The notes under the pieces are model-generated. The model did not search any database, was not told where the DNA came from, and saw only the letters and a list, made by a program, of their open reading frames with translations. Positions 20,300 to 31,477 of a stretch of DNA of 56,411 bases are shown here, piece after piece; position 1 is the first letter of the stretch; every line of letters starts with the position of its first letter. The stretch comes from a virus (lineage: Duplodnaviria; Caudoviricetes). The DNA lies in IMG/VR virus record IMGVR_UViG_3300003873_000009, positions 1-56,411 of that record; one strand, 5' to 3'. The position numbers were made by a program, and so were the translations under genes.

Positions 20300-21181
20300 A
20301 TGGCTCTAAGTAAAAAAAATACATCGTCAAAAAAAGTAGAGACTTATACATATCCTAGGGATCTTTCAGGAAATAGGTATGTAGAATTGGCATTTTTTAT
20401 TCCTAAAACAGAGAATAATATTGAGAGTCTAGTTAGCTCTCTTAAACAGGCAGGAATTACCATATATAATTCTGTAGATGGTCGTGATAAAACTAGTGGT
20501 TCTGTTTCTACTGCATTAAATAATCTAGGTACTAAAATTAAAAATACAGTAGGAGTCGCCACTAAAACTTTAACTGAAGATAAAAGAGAAGCATTTAATG
20601 CTAAGGAGCTTAAAAGTATTTTATACTTACCATTACCTAATAATTTAAATGATACTTCTAATAACTCCTTTTCAGAATCTAGTGGAATTATATCTAATCT
20701 AGTAGGAACATTAAATTCAACTCTTAATAAAGTAAATGAGGTATCTAATAATCTTGGTGCAAGAAATATTATTGCTAATGCAGATTTAAACCTCATGTAT
20801 AAAGGTTCAGGATTAAGAAAAGCTACATTGACATGGACATTTACACCGAGAAATAAAAAAGAAACTGAAGAGATATCTAGAATAATAAAAATCATAAAGA
20901 TGTATTCTAGTCCTGATGCAACTATATCTAGACACTTTTTAAAAGCTCCAGCTTTTGTAGAACTAACATTAAGTAATAAAATTTTGAATGATATACAAAG
21001 ATATAGATATATGGTTATTGATAATGTATCTATAGATTTTGGGGCTGGTGGAAATATGGAAATGTTCTATGATGGTATGATAAAAGAGATTACTATGAGT
21101 GTTTCTCTATCTGAACTTAAAGTTAATACTATGCAAGATTGGTCTGAAGATTTTGATAGAAATTATAAAGGATTAGAATGA
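20300..21181 (+). CDS. gp48: Baseplate tail tube cap
   Basis: YP.DL, LYLPLP, YKG..LR....WTFTPRN..E...I..II motifs. Confidence 0.8.
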   Translation: MALSKKNTSSKKVETYTYPRDLSGNRYVELAFFIPKTENNIESLVSSLKQAGITIYNSVDGRDKTSGSVSTALNNLGTKIKNTVGVATKTLTEDKREAFNAKELKSILYLPLPNNLNDTSNNSFSESSGIISNLVGTLNSTLNKVNEVSNNLGARNIIANADLNLMYKGSGLRKATLTWTFTPRNKKETEEISRIIKIIKMYSSPDATISRHFLKAPAFVELTLSNKILNDIQRYRYMVIDNVSIDFGAGGNMEMFYDGMIKEITMSVSLSELKVNTMQDWSEDFDRNYKGLE

Positions 21182-21702
21182 AAAATACAGTTTATACTTA
21201 CGATTTATTTGATAGAAGTGATTATAGAGTAGTAGATTATACTAGTAGATACTATGGTTCAATAAGTAAATTCTTTAAACAATATAATAATTATTTTACT
21301 GTTTATATATTAGAGGATGATGAAAAGTTAGAAGATGTATCTTACAGACTATATGATACTACGGATTATGCTGATTTAATCCTTGCTATAAATGAAGATG
21401 TATTTCTCTGGAATGTTCCTTATAATCAAGATATAAATTTAGAACAGTCAAATATTTTATCTAAATCTATTATGAATGGTGTAGATACTATAGGAATTGA
21501 TGATAAAAAAAGAAATATAATATCAGAGATAGCTAAAGATAATATAGAGAGATTAAACGAACTTAAAAGAAATATTTTAGTTCCTAAGAATGAATATCTT
21601 TCTACAGTATTAGGATTAGTAGAAAGATATAGATCTCTTTATAATACTAATAATATTCTTTCTGAAGAAGAAGCAAGAGCTAGAATAGGAGAATTAATTT
21701 GA
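21178..21702 (+). CDS. gp53: Baseplate wedge subunit
   Basis: LysM-like Y.L...E.LE.VSY.LY...DY...IL..N motif. Confidence 0.75.
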   Translation: MKNTVYTYDLFDRSDYRVVDYTSRYYGSISKFFKQYNNYFTVYILEDDEKLEDVSYRLYDTTDYADLILAINEDVFLWNVPYNQDINLEQSNILSKSIMNGVDTIGIDDKKRNIISEIAKDNIERLNELKRNILVPKNEYLSTVLGLVERYRSLYNTNNILSEEEARARIGELI

Positions 21703-22853
21703 GTAATTTAACTAGTTATGATTTAACTCCAAGAGTAGATGCCTTTAGTGAATATAATACTCTTCAGATATCGGTAAATGGACTAATTATAGACGATAAA
21801 AATATAGTAGATCTTCAAATAAACTATAATAAAGAAGAGAAAGGTTTTTTATCTTTTACAGATTCTATGGGATTTATAGAAATAGCCCCTCTATCATTTG
21901 GAATAATTGAGATACTCTTAATAGATAGTATTAAGAATAAAATAACGAAAAAATACATTATTACAAAAGCAGAAACTATTAGAACAGATAATAATCTCCT
22001 AACAATAGATATAGAGTTCGAAGAGTATGATACTTATAGATTAAAGAATACATTCATTTCAAGATCGTATAAAAAACTTAATATTTTAGAGATAATAGAA
22101 AAAATATTCAATGAGTTGGAAATAGATTCTGAATTCATTGATAAAGATAAGATTGATAAATATGAATATTTTGTAATACCTGGAAATATATCTTTTTATG
22201 ATTTTATACTAAAACACTCAAAAATTGCAGATTTTGACTTCTATGTTGATAGGATTGGCTGGATATTTGGTTCAAAAGATTCTTTTAATTTCAGCAAACT
22301 AAAAGTAATAAAGGAAGATATTTTTAGCTTTACAAGTAAGAATCCTTTTTGGAAAATATTAGAATACAAGGGAGATTTCTCTAATATTAAAGAAGTACGT
22401 AAATGTACAGACATGTATTTAACTAATCCAGATATAAAGGATTTAAAATATAAACCAGATATTATTAAAATTAGTGATATTTACGAAACGCAAAAATTAA
22501 ATAATGGAACTGGATTTAAAGATAAGGTCGTATCAGATCTTATAACTAATATAGGAGAAAAACAAATTAATCATATATATAATACTCCTATAATGGGTAG
22601 TGATATTGATTATAGAGAATATATTAAAAAATCTCAAGATATTAGTATTGCAGTTCAGGGAGTATTAAGTATTAGAATGTACGGTATCATTAATATAGAT
22701 CTTCCAAGATCTAATTCTAGTAATGATAGTAATCCAGATTCTGTATTTAGTGGAAAATTCGTTGTAACAGGTGTTGTAGATAAATTTATGGCTGGTAAAT
22801 ATCTACAAATTTTATATCTAAAATCTTCAGATTATGGAAGTTTTAAAGAATAG
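21699..22853 (+). CDS. Baseplate hub protein, gp27-like
   Basis: Lies between gp53 and gp5; C-terminal FSGKFVVTGV. Confidence 0.6.
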   Translation: MSNLTSYDLTPRVDAFSEYNTLQISVNGLIIDDKNIVDLQINYNKEEKGFLSFTDSMGFIEIAPLSFGIIEILLIDSIKNKITKKYIITKAETIRTDNNLLTIDIEFEEYDTYRLKNTFISRSYKKLNILEIIEKIFNELEIDSEFIDKDKIDKYEYFVIPGNISFYDFILKHSKIADFDFYVDRIGWIFGSKDSFNFSKLKVIKEDIFSFTSKNPFWKILEYKGDFSNIKEVRKCTDMYLTNPDIKDLKYKPDIIKISDIYETQKLNNGTGFKDKVVSDLITNIGEKQINHIYNTPIMGSDIDYREYIKKSQDISIAVQGVLSIRMYGIINIDLPRSNSSNDSNPDSVFSGKFVVTGVVDKFMAGKYLQILYLKSSDYGSFKE

Positions 22854-22861
22854 GAGGAAAT

Positions 22862-23764
22862 ATGCGATTATATGAATGTGTAGTAGAAGATAATAAAGAT
22901 CCTGATTATTTAGGGAGGGTAAGATTAAGAGTATTAGGTGTTCATAGTCCTAAACTTAAAGATGTAAAAACTGATGAACTACCCTGGAGTAGATGTTTAC
23001 ATCCTTTAGATCAAGGAAATACGTTTGGAACGAGTACGAATATTAAAGTAGGAACCTGGGGTTGGTGTTTTTCGTTAAACGAGACAGATACTGAATTTCT
23101 ATTTATAGGTACATCGAAAGGTATTTTTAATGAAGTAACTACTAATGTAGAAGAAGAAGAGGTAGGATTTAAAGATCCTGATGGTAAGTTCCCTTTAAGA
23201 AAAGGTATTCCCGATAATCCTTTAACCTATGGTAAAAAATTAGATCCAGATATCACAAGAGATAGAGTCAAAGTAGATTCATTTACTGAGGGATCAGATA
23301 CAGCTTCTGACGCTAAATATCCAAATAATAAAGTATATGAGGATTATGAGGGAAATATAATAGAGGTAGATGGTACTAAGAATAATCCGAGAATAAGAGT
23401 ACAACACTCAAGTGGAGCACGTATTGAAATATCTAAAAAAGGTGATATTACAATTCAGGCTTCATCTCAGGGTAATGTATGGGTAGAAACTCCAGGGTTA
23501 TTTGCCTTAGGAGCTGATGGCAATATTATATTAGAGGGTGATTTAAAAGTAGTAGGTAGTATTGAGGCTACAGCTGATATTTCTGATAAGATGGGTACTC
23601 TGGATTCTTTAAGAACACAGCATGATGCTAATGTTAATGCTTTTAATTCTCATACTCATTTATATAACCCTGGAAGTGGTAGTCCTACTCCTACTGTTAT
23701 TCCTAATACTCCAGAATCTCCAGATCCTAAAATTAAATTTGTTTGGTCAGGTACTCCATTATAA
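22862..23764 (+). CDS. gp5: Baseplate central spike without lysozyme domain
   Basis: VVEDNKDP..LGRVRLRVLG.H...LPW OB-fold; YPNNKV...G...E.D.T....RI...H.SG; C-terminal HTH metal-binding tip. Confidence 0.88.
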   Translation: MRLYECVVEDNKDPDYLGRVRLRVLGVHSPKLKDVKTDELPWSRCLHPLDQGNTFGTSTNIKVGTWGWCFSLNETDTEFLFIGTSKGIFNEVTTNVEEEEVGFKDPDGKFPLRKGIPDNPLTYGKKLDPDITRDRVKVDSFTEGSDTASDAKYPNNKVYEDYEGNIIEVDGTKNNPRIRVQHSSGARIEISKKGDITIQASSQGNVWVETPGLFALGADGNIILEGDLKVVGSIEATADISDKMGTLDSLRTQHDANVNAFNSHTHLYNPGSGSPTPTVIPNTPESPDPKIKFVWSGTPL

Positions 23765-23787
23765 ATATATAAAATAAGGAGTCTTGA

Positions 23788-24201
23788 TTGGAAACACATA
23801 AATTTATAGATATATCTCCTATCAGAGATTCTTCAGGTAGCCTTTATTATGCAAAACAATATGATATTGATGCTATTAATAATGCTATAATGAATCTATT
23901 TTCTATAGAGCTGGGAGAAGTACCTGGTAAGCCCTGGTTAGGAAATCCTCTTTCTATTTATCTATTCGATAATATAGGATATTTTGAGCAGAGATCTATA
24001 GAAATTTCTATAAAAAATACTCTCGAAATATATGAACCGAGAGTTAGAATAGATTATGTAAATGTTGATGTAATTAATGAAGAAAACTCTATTGAGATAG
24101 GTATAGGATACTATGCAATAATAGGATCTCAAGAAGTATTCGAAGATCTAAAGTTTAAATACTCACATAACAATATGACATCTATATCACAAAGAACTTA
24201 A
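23788..24201 (+). CDS. gp25: Baseplate wedge subunit / sheath initiator
   Basis: AI.N.I.N......GE....P..G......LF...YEPRV. Confidence 0.9.
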   Translation: METHKFIDISPIRDSSGSLYYAKQYDIDAINNAIMNLFSIELGEVPGKPWLGNPLSIYLFDNIGYFEQRSIEISIKNTLEIYEPRVRIDYVNVDVINEENSIEIGIGYYAIIGSQEVFEDLKFKYSHNNMTSISQRT

Positions 24202-24210
24202 GGAAGATAA

Positions 24211-27200
24211 ATGGCTAATAACCAAGATACTATAAAAGAAATTATACCATTTTCATATGATGAAATAGAACAAAAAGTAAAGGACTTATTAATATCTAAA
24301 GGGTTTAAAGATATTCAATATCCAGGTTCTAATATAAGTCAAATTTCAGATATTATGACATACCTAATACATGTACTTAATACTAATACTGCAATTAATT
24401 TACAAGAGGTTCTTCTTCCATTAGCTACTAAAAGATCTAATGTATTATTTTCTGCTAGACATTTAGGATATGAAGCAAAGAGAAAGACATCTTATAGATA
24501 TAAAATTAAAGTAAACCTTAAGAAGATAGATAGTATTCCTGATACTCAACCATATAATTTTATTTTAGACAAATATACTAAATTTACTAGTAATGGAAAT
24601 GATTATTATTATATGGGTGATCCTATAGTAATAGAGGGTATCACTAATGAAAATAGATTTGATAAATCATTTACTATCGAAGTAAAAGAAGGAACTCTTC
24701 ATAGATATGAAGATGAGGATTTTTTAAATATAAGAGCTTATAATGAAATTACAGATTCAGGAACTTTTACTAAACAAAACTATATGATACCTTATAGAGA
24801 TGTTGAAGAAGATGGAATAGAATTATTTTTAACATATGTAGATGATTATGGAACTCTAATTGAGCAAGAAAAATGGGAAAAATATAATTCTATTATGATA
24901 GATAGTTCCTTTAGTGAAGTTCAGAAAAAATTTATTACTTTAGAGAATATTTTCCTTGAGATGCCTTCTGTATTTTTTGAAATAGGAGGTATAGGAAATC
25001 CTGTAAGAATTAACACACTTATTCAAGCTAATGTACTTACTACAAAGGGCTCTAAAGGAGAAGCAGGAAATAATTTCGAAGTACCCGCTGAACTTAAAGA
25101 TAAAATATCTGTATATATGGAAGATATAGTTCATTATGGTACAGATGAGGAATCTATAGATGAAATAAAAGAAAATGCTATGATCTTTCATAATAGCGCT
25201 AATAGAGCTGTTACTGCACTAGATTATAAGGCTATTGTAAAGAGTCATGAGTCTGTAAGATTCGGAGATGTATGGGGTTCTGAAGATGAGTTCTATGATG
25301 TATTTCTTCCTGGTAATGTTTTATTTAGTTTATTTCCACAAAGAACTAAGAGAGAGATCAATCCTACTGAGTTAAATAGTGACTATAATGAGAAGGATGA
25401 ATATAATGCATATAAGCTACAATTTGACCTTCAGTATATGCCAAGAAGACCTAAAATGAACTTTTTAGCTGATCCTTCAGCTAATCCAGTTAGTAGACCA
25501 GTAAATTATATTCCTAGACCTGTAAATTATATGGATAAACCTGTAGGATGGGATGATTATACTCAAGGAGGGGTTCTACCACCACCACCTGAAGTAAGTC
25601 CAAATCCAGGAGAGAAGCCTCAAATTCAATATCCTCCAGAGAGAGCTAATTATTTTGCAGATCCTACGGCGGGTGGAGGAACACAACCTCAATTACCTAC
25701 TGATTGGATAGAGAATCCTAATATTTCTGGTACATTCGACGGTGTAAATCCAGAACCAGGTCTTGAAATAATTCAAGATAGTACTTTTGTAGAGATTTTT
25801 AATAATTATATAAAAACTATACCTTCAGCCGATGCAAGTATATATATTAATAATGATCAAGCATGGTATGACGATGATAGTACTCATGGATTAAATGATA
25901 GCGCAGCTGGTGGTTCTTTTGGAGGAACTGCTGGTGATGGTACTCTATACAAAGCCTGGTTAGCTAAACCAGAAGTTATTAAATATATTGAATGGATAAA
26001 AGAGGATTATCTTTATAGAAAATCACTAGCAGAATATACTACTTGGGAAAGTAATAGAAATGAATTTCAAGATTATCTTAATTATTTAGAATCTGAAACT
26101 GGAATAGAGTATACTTCATGGTTCAATTCATTAGATTCTGTTCAACAACAGGAAGTCTTAAATTATGAAGGATATCTAACTAATGTTGATAGATATAATG
26201 AAAATAAAAAAGAACAAGACTCATTGCTTGACAATTGGTATTTAAGAGATTCAGAAATATATAAAGATCCTAATATAAAATCGGGAGTTGATGACGGTTC
26301 TATATTCTCATCTTTAAATAAGTATAAAGTTATGACAATGAATCATATGTATAGACAGCCGGCTTATTGCAATTTTGATTTTGAAATTAGAGTTATTAAT
26401 TATGAATTGAGTAGTCAGATTTCAGAAACTAATCAAGCTATATTTGATGTTATTAGTGCATATTTTAAAAATTATATAGAAAAGCTAGGAGCTGAATATT
26501 TTTCATCTAATCTAAAAAGACGAGTAGATGAAATAATAGGAGATTCTTCAGGAGTAGAGATAAACCTAAATACTAATATTAGTCTTCATAGAATAATGTT
26601 TGATGAGTTTACATCTTTATTATATTCTCAAAATATTAATAAAATAATAACTAAACTTGCATTTCCTTTCGAAAATATGTATAGTAATGGAATTGACTTT
26701 GATGGATATAAAGTACTACCTAATATAGATACAAGTAATTTTATTTTAGGAAGAACTAAGTTTACGGTAGAAGAGCCTACTGAATCTGTAATTCTAGGCT
26801 CTGGTGTGACTGTTGCTATTAATACTAATGAAGTAATAATGGTTCAAGATAACTCTGTGTATAAATATTATAAATCGTTAGAGAATAGACCTTCTATTAT
26901 AGTAGATTCTGAGAATTTTGAAGATCCTAATAAGTGGATAGATCTTAATGATAAAGTTGATATAATTAGAAATGATACTGTTAAGGTTCTTAGAAAGGGA
27001 TCTACTAGCTACGAATATTTAAGTGTAAAAGAGGATATGATCCAGGTCAATCTATATTTTGTGTTAGATAGTATTAATAGCGGATATGATTCGACTAAAT
27101 GGAATAATACTTTCAACTTTAACGATATAAATGGAAATGCGGTAGTGTTAAGACCTCTAGATCTTTATGTAAAGAAAAATATTAATGGTGATTATGATGT

Positions 27201-27531
27201 ACCGTCTACATTTAGAACAGTAGATAAGTTTGTGATAATTCCAATATATATGGGTGATCCTCTAGATGCCAATATACCAGATATAGAGGTAGGATCTTAT
27301 ATCATACGTAATGAGAGATTTCAGCATATTGAAGTTCATTTAGAATTCGAAGATCAGAAGCAGGATGGTCAAATTATAGGAGCAGGTAAAATTCCTGCTA
27401 GCTTTACATTTACTGATTATGGATTTGGTTATCTTAATTTATCATATCCAAATCAAGTAGAAGTTAGCTCTGATAATATTCCATTTACTGCAAATACAAT
27501 GCCTAGATTAAGACAGGTTAAATTTTTATAG
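24211..27531 (+). CDS. gp6: Baseplate wedge subunit with large insertions
   Basis: GSNIS, A..RSNV...A..LGY and G.DEESIDEIK...NRAVTALDY motifs. Confidence 0.88.
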   Translation: MANNQDTIKEIIPFSYDEIEQKVKDLLISKGFKDIQYPGSNISQISDIMTYLIHVLNTNTAINLQEVLLPLATKRSNVLFSARHLGYEAKRKTSYRYKIKVNLKKIDSIPDTQPYNFILDKYTKFTSNGNDYYYMGDPIVIEGITNENRFDKSFTIEVKEGTLHRYEDEDFLNIRAYNEITDSGTFTKQNYMIPYRDVEEDGIELFLTYVDDYGTLIEQEKWEKYNSIMIDSSFSEVQKKFITLENIFLEMPSVFFEIGGIGNPVRINTLIQANVLTTKGSKGEAGNNFEVPAELKDKISVYMEDIVHYGTDEESIDEIKENAMIFHNSANRAVTALDYKAIVKSHESVRFGDVWGSEDEFYDVFLPGNVLFSLFPQRTKREINPTELNSDYNEKDEYNAYKLQFDLQYMPRRPKMNFLADPSANPVSRPVNYIPRPVNYMDKPVGWDDYTQGGVLPPPPEVSPNPGEKPQIQYPPERANYFADPTAGGGTQPQLPTDWIENPNISGTFDGVNPEPGLEIIQDSTFVEIFNNYIKTIPSADASIYINNDQAWYDDDSTHGLNDSAAGGSFGGTAGDGTLYKAWLAKPEVIKYIEWIKEDYLYRKSLAEYTTWESNRNEFQDYLNYLESETGIEYTSWFNSLDSVQQQEVLNYEGYLTNVDRYNENKKEQDSLLDNWYLRDSEIYKDPNIKSGVDDGSIFSSLNKYKVMTMNHMYRQPAYCNFDFEIRVINYELSSQISETNQAIFDVISAYFKNYIEKLGAEYFSSNLKRRVDEIIGDSSGVEINLNTNISLHRIMFDEFTSLLYSQNINKIITKLAFPFENMYSNGIDFDGYKVLPNIDTSNFILGRTKFTVEEPTESVILGSGVTVAINTNEVIMVQDNSVYKYYKSLENRPSIIVDSENFEDPNKWIDLNDKVDIIRNDTVKVLRKGSTSYEYLSVKEDMIQVNLYFVLDSINSGYDSTKWNNTFNFNDINGNAVVLRPLDLYVKKNINGDYDVPSTFRTVDKFVIIPIYMGDPLDANIPDIEVGSYIIRNERFQHIEVHLEFEDQKQDGQIIGAGKIPASFTFTDYGFGYLNLSYPNQVEVSSDNIPFTANTMPRLRQVKFL

Positions 27532-27540
27532 GAGTAATAT

Positions 27541-30500
27541 ATGAATAATATAGTAGGAGTATCTGGTGACTATACTCTTTCTTCTTTGAATTTTAAAGAA
27601 GATGAAGTTTTTCGAGGAGTAGTAGAAGCTATTTCTCCAGAAAAGATATTCAAAGAAAATAAAGAAATAATAGACTCCTTTGTAGACTTGTTAGTAGAAG
27701 AATCTCCTATATCACTAAATATTACTGATATATTTAATAAAGATAAAAGTATAGGAAGTCTAGATGCAATTCAAAAACAATTTGCTCAAGTTTATTTAAA
27801 TAATTTCTATGAAGTATGGAATAAGTCTAAAAATGACTATAGATTAAAGAATAAAATTGAAAATTTAATAAAGAAATATCGGGCTGTAGGAATTGAAATT
27901 AGTAGAGAGGGTTCCTTCATAGATTTTTTTCAAAATGAAGAGGAAATGTATACTGCTGATAGATATATGATGGCTAAAACTTTCAATGAGAAAAAAGGCA
28001 CAGAGGTAGCTATAGAATATGCCTATAAGATGGCATGGTTATCAGATATAGAAGGACCCCTTAGAGATGCTTATTATTTCGATATTAAATCTCAGTCATG
28101 CTTAGGATTATCAGAAGGTTTTACAGTATGTGGACAACGGCTAGATGATCCTGTTCCACCAGAACCACCACAAGAGGTACAAGATATGTTTCCTGGGATA
28201 TGGCCTCTTCCTTTTAAAAATCCGTTATTATGTAGTAATTCTGCTGCATCTAGAGTAGGTTCATTCACAATTTCTGATACCGTTTCTAATAATAGCTGTG
28301 TAAAGTTTACCTACGAAGTCGAAGGCTCTTTATTTCCTGAATTTTTTGAAGCATTTGTATTACCATTAGTACATCCTCTAGGATTTGGCTATATATATAG
28401 GAAAGTTACCTCACTATTATTTGAAGACTACTTTAATCTCGAATATATTTATAGATGTGATAGAATAGGCGTTAGATCCTTGTGTCAGGAAGGGGATTGT
28501 TCTAAATCTCTTACAGAAGTATATGCTGAAAGATTATCTGATAATTATACTTCTAATCATAGTATTTCTAGATCTCAATTAAGATATATAGATAAAGGGA
28601 TCGCAGTTAAAGGTTCGTATAAGGATTGGGATTATGAAAAATATACTTTTGATAATGGTAATTATTTAATACAATATACATATGCTCCTCCAATAGGGGT
28701 AATACAGCAAGTAATAGAGTATTTTGATATAATAAAAAATAGATCTACTAATTTAGTTAAAAATCCTTCTTTTGATACATGGTATGATTGGAATATTCAG
28801 TTAAATGGTAATTGGACAGTAGGAAACGGATTTGCAGAGTTTTTAGGAAAAACTACTTCAGGAGAAGAGGATCAATATAAATTAATTCAACCTATATCAC
28901 TATTAAAAGATAAAAATTATGAAATTATAATTAAAATAGATGGATTAGAACTTAATCAAAATGTTATATTTAGAATAAATGAAAGAAAAATTTATGATAA
29001 TAGTGGTAATATTATTGATATTGAATTTGATCAATGGGTTTTATCTGAAAATATAGAATATAATTTAGGATATACGGGATACGGTGGAGAGTTAATTCAA
29101 ATTTTTACAGAAGATCCTGGAGTATCTTTCAAATTAGAGTATGTTAATATTTTTATAAATGAACCTAGTAAGAGATATACTAACGAGAAAGATCAAAGTG
29201 ATATCTTTATAATAAATCTAGATAAACCTATCCTAAATTTATTTACTCATGATGAAATGGTTATTAGAACGGATGTATCTTTATCGGAGGATATGAACTC
29301 TCTATACTATGACCATATATCTGATGAGGATAAATATCCAATAGTAGGTAAAAATATAGTAGTTAATGAATATAGTTTTGGACAAGCAGATATATCTACT
29401 AGTGGATATGATCAATGGGTTAATGTTATAGAGCATATGACAGTAGATTATCTTCTACCTACTAATGGAATAGGTAAGATACGAACTAGATATGAAGCTA
29501 CAAGAGATTTAGGATTAGTAAATCTATTTACAGAGAATTTTGAAGATATTAATAGATGGAGAGTTTTATTTAATAATATAGATTTTAAGACTGAGATAGA
29601 TGAAGGTATCACTAATGAAGGTGGATTTAGAGTAGGATCTAGAACTTCTAATCCTCCAGGCTTAGTGATCCCGAAAGGTTCTGATAATACTACATATATG
29701 ATAGATGAGCTAAGTATAGATAGAGATTTCGAAGAAGAGTGGATTCCGGGTATAAATGATATTTCGTTCTCTAATCCTTCTAAATGGTTTATGACCTCAG
29801 AGTGGAGAATAGAAGAATTTTTTAATATTGAGTCTAATTATGCTGAAATAAAACCAAGAAGTGTAATACAGACAGCTGGAAATACCCAATTAGTAGATGT
29901 TCAGGTAGGTACAAGAATTGAATATATAGAAGATGTTTCAGGACCTGATATAGATAATACACCACCTTTTGGACATAAATATTATATATATGAATCTCTA
30001 GAAAATAGAGGTATCATAGATATTAATAAAGAAGATTTTGCTAGTTCTACAAAATGGAAAAAATCTAGAAGAAGTACATTTGCTATTCTAGAGAGAGAAA
30101 TTGATACTGATACTATTCTAGATAACGAAATTATTAAGATAGATACTATAATTGAGCCTCAAGTTGATTATAATGATATAGATAATTGGATAGAAATGAC
30201 GGTAGGTAATGAGGGAGATTTTACCTACAGATATAGAGAAGATAAAGATTATTGGGTTAATGTTCTAGTTGGAGATTTAGTAACGTATCAATTATATAAG
30301 AATGGCAATCTACAATCTGAAACTCAATATAAAGCATTAGTAGATTTAGGAGAAATTAATCTAAAAAATGAAGATTTTTCTAATATAACAAATTGGGAGA
30401 TTCAGCCTAATACCGATAATGTTCCTAAATATACATATAAGGCAAATGATAATAATGTTATAATAGACATAACCGTTGATATGAGTATTGATATTATAGA

Positions 30501-30765
30501 GGAAAACTACTATACTAAGAGAACTAGGACTAGATTTATTAGTAAAACTAATAGAAATAATATTAATCTAGCTCAGGAAGATTTTACAGATATTAATTTA
30601 TGGATTAAAGAAGATGTAAATGATCCTGTTAGAGTTACATCATATAAACATTTAAAATGGGGTGGAATATATAAACCAGGAGATAAGATATATTTTACTG
30701 CAAGTCCTACATTTAGAGGTAAAGTTACATACTTTAATGTTAGTGTGTTTAATAAAAAAATATAA
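27541..30765 (+). CDS. Baseplate wedge initiator, gp7-like
   Basis: Follows gp6; KKGTE and V.PLVHPLGF motifs. Confidence 0.7.
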   Translation: MNNIVGVSGDYTLSSLNFKEDEVFRGVVEAISPEKIFKENKEIIDSFVDLLVEESPISLNITDIFNKDKSIGSLDAIQKQFAQVYLNNFYEVWNKSKNDYRLKNKIENLIKKYRAVGIEISREGSFIDFFQNEEEMYTADRYMMAKTFNEKKGTEVAIEYAYKMAWLSDIEGPLRDAYYFDIKSQSCLGLSEGFTVCGQRLDDPVPPEPPQEVQDMFPGIWPLPFKNPLLCSNSAASRVGSFTISDTVSNNSCVKFTYEVEGSLFPEFFEAFVLPLVHPLGFGYIYRKVTSLLFEDYFNLEYIYRCDRIGVRSLCQEGDCSKSLTEVYAERLSDNYTSNHSISRSQLRYIDKGIAVKGSYKDWDYEKYTFDNGNYLIQYTYAPPIGVIQQVIEYFDIIKNRSTNLVKNPSFDTWYDWNIQLNGNWTVGNGFAEFLGKTTSGEEDQYKLIQPISLLKDKNYEIIIKIDGLELNQNVIFRINERKIYDNSGNIIDIEFDQWVLSENIEYNLGYTGYGGELIQIFTEDPGVSFKLEYVNIFINEPSKRYTNEKDQSDIFIINLDKPILNLFTHDEMVIRTDVSLSEDMNSLYYDHISDEDKYPIVGKNIVVNEYSFGQADISTSGYDQWVNVIEHMTVDYLLPTNGIGKIRTRYEATRDLGLVNLFTENFEDINRWRVLFNNIDFKTEIDEGITNEGGFRVGSRTSNPPGLVIPKGSDNTTYMIDELSIDRDFEEEWIPGINDISFSNPSKWFMTSEWRIEEFFNIESNYAEIKPRSVIQTAGNTQLVDVQVGTRIEYIEDVSGPDIDNTPPFGHKYYIYESLENRGIIDINKEDFASSTKWKKSRRSTFAILEREIDTDTILDNEIIKIDTIIEPQVDYNDIDNWIEMTVGNEGDFTYRYREDKDYWVNVLVGDLVTYQLYKNGNLQSETQYKALVDLGEINLKNEDFSNITNWEIQPNTDNVPKYTYKANDNNVIIDITVDMSIDIIEENYYTKRTRTRFISKTNRNNINLAQEDFTDINLWIKEDVNDPVRVTSYKHLKWGGIYKPGDKIYFTASPTFRGKVTYFNVSVFNKKI

Positions 30766-30788
30766 ATAAATTAAAAAAAAGGTTTAAA

Positions 30789-31460
30789 GTGAAATTAGAA
30801 GATAAAATGAATAAACCTACAGAAGGATATTTTAAATTAGAATGCCTTGATAAGAACGGTAATGTTATTGATTCTTTCGAAGATAAAAATATGATTATGT
30901 TTAATTCAAAACCATCTGTAGCTAATTCTACTATCGGATTTTTTCCACCTGTAGATTTTATTAATAAGATTGTTTTAGGTGATAGAGGTCATGAGGTAGG
31001 AACAGGTAATTTACTAATTGGAAGAGATTTTGGATACCAGAGAGAGTTGCTTTTTGCGGAAGAGGAGTTAGGTAATACTTATGTAATAGTTTTTAATCCT
31101 TTAACTAGAGCAGGTGATGGTTCAATTAGTGAGATAAGATATGAAGCATATCATACAGGAAACTCTCAAAAAGATGTAGTACTACAAAATAAAGCTAAAG
31201 TTAATGCAAAAATAATAAATATAAGTACTATAGAGTATCAAATTGAGATAGATCCGTCTAATGCTAATGGTGCAAATGGAGTTCAGCCTTGGACAGAAGC
31301 AGCACTATTTACAAAAAGAGGAGAGTCTTCTGAATACTGGGATGGAACTGCACCTGTAGGAACTCCTAAAAATGGTAAAATTTTTGCAATGAGGACATTT
31401 CCAGCTAAGATCAAGGAACCAACTACTACGTTCAGAATTACGTGGCGAATAATATTTTAA
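30789..31460 (+). CDS. Baseplate/fibre attachment protein (gp8-like position)
   Basis: TEAALF...IFAMRTFPAKIK...FRITWRIIF. Confidence 0.6.
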   Translation: MKLEDKMNKPTEGYFKLECLDKNGNVIDSFEDKNMIMFNSKPSVANSTIGFFPPVDFINKIVLGDRGHEVGTGNLLIGRDFGYQRELLFAEEELGNTYVIVFNPLTRAGDGSISEIRYEAYHTGNSQKDVVLQNKAKVNAKIINISTIEYQIEIDPSNANGANGVQPWTEAALFTKRGESSEYWDGTAPVGTPKNGKIFAMRTFPAKIKEPTTTFRITWRIIF

Positions 31461-31477
31461 AAATTAAGGAGTTATAA

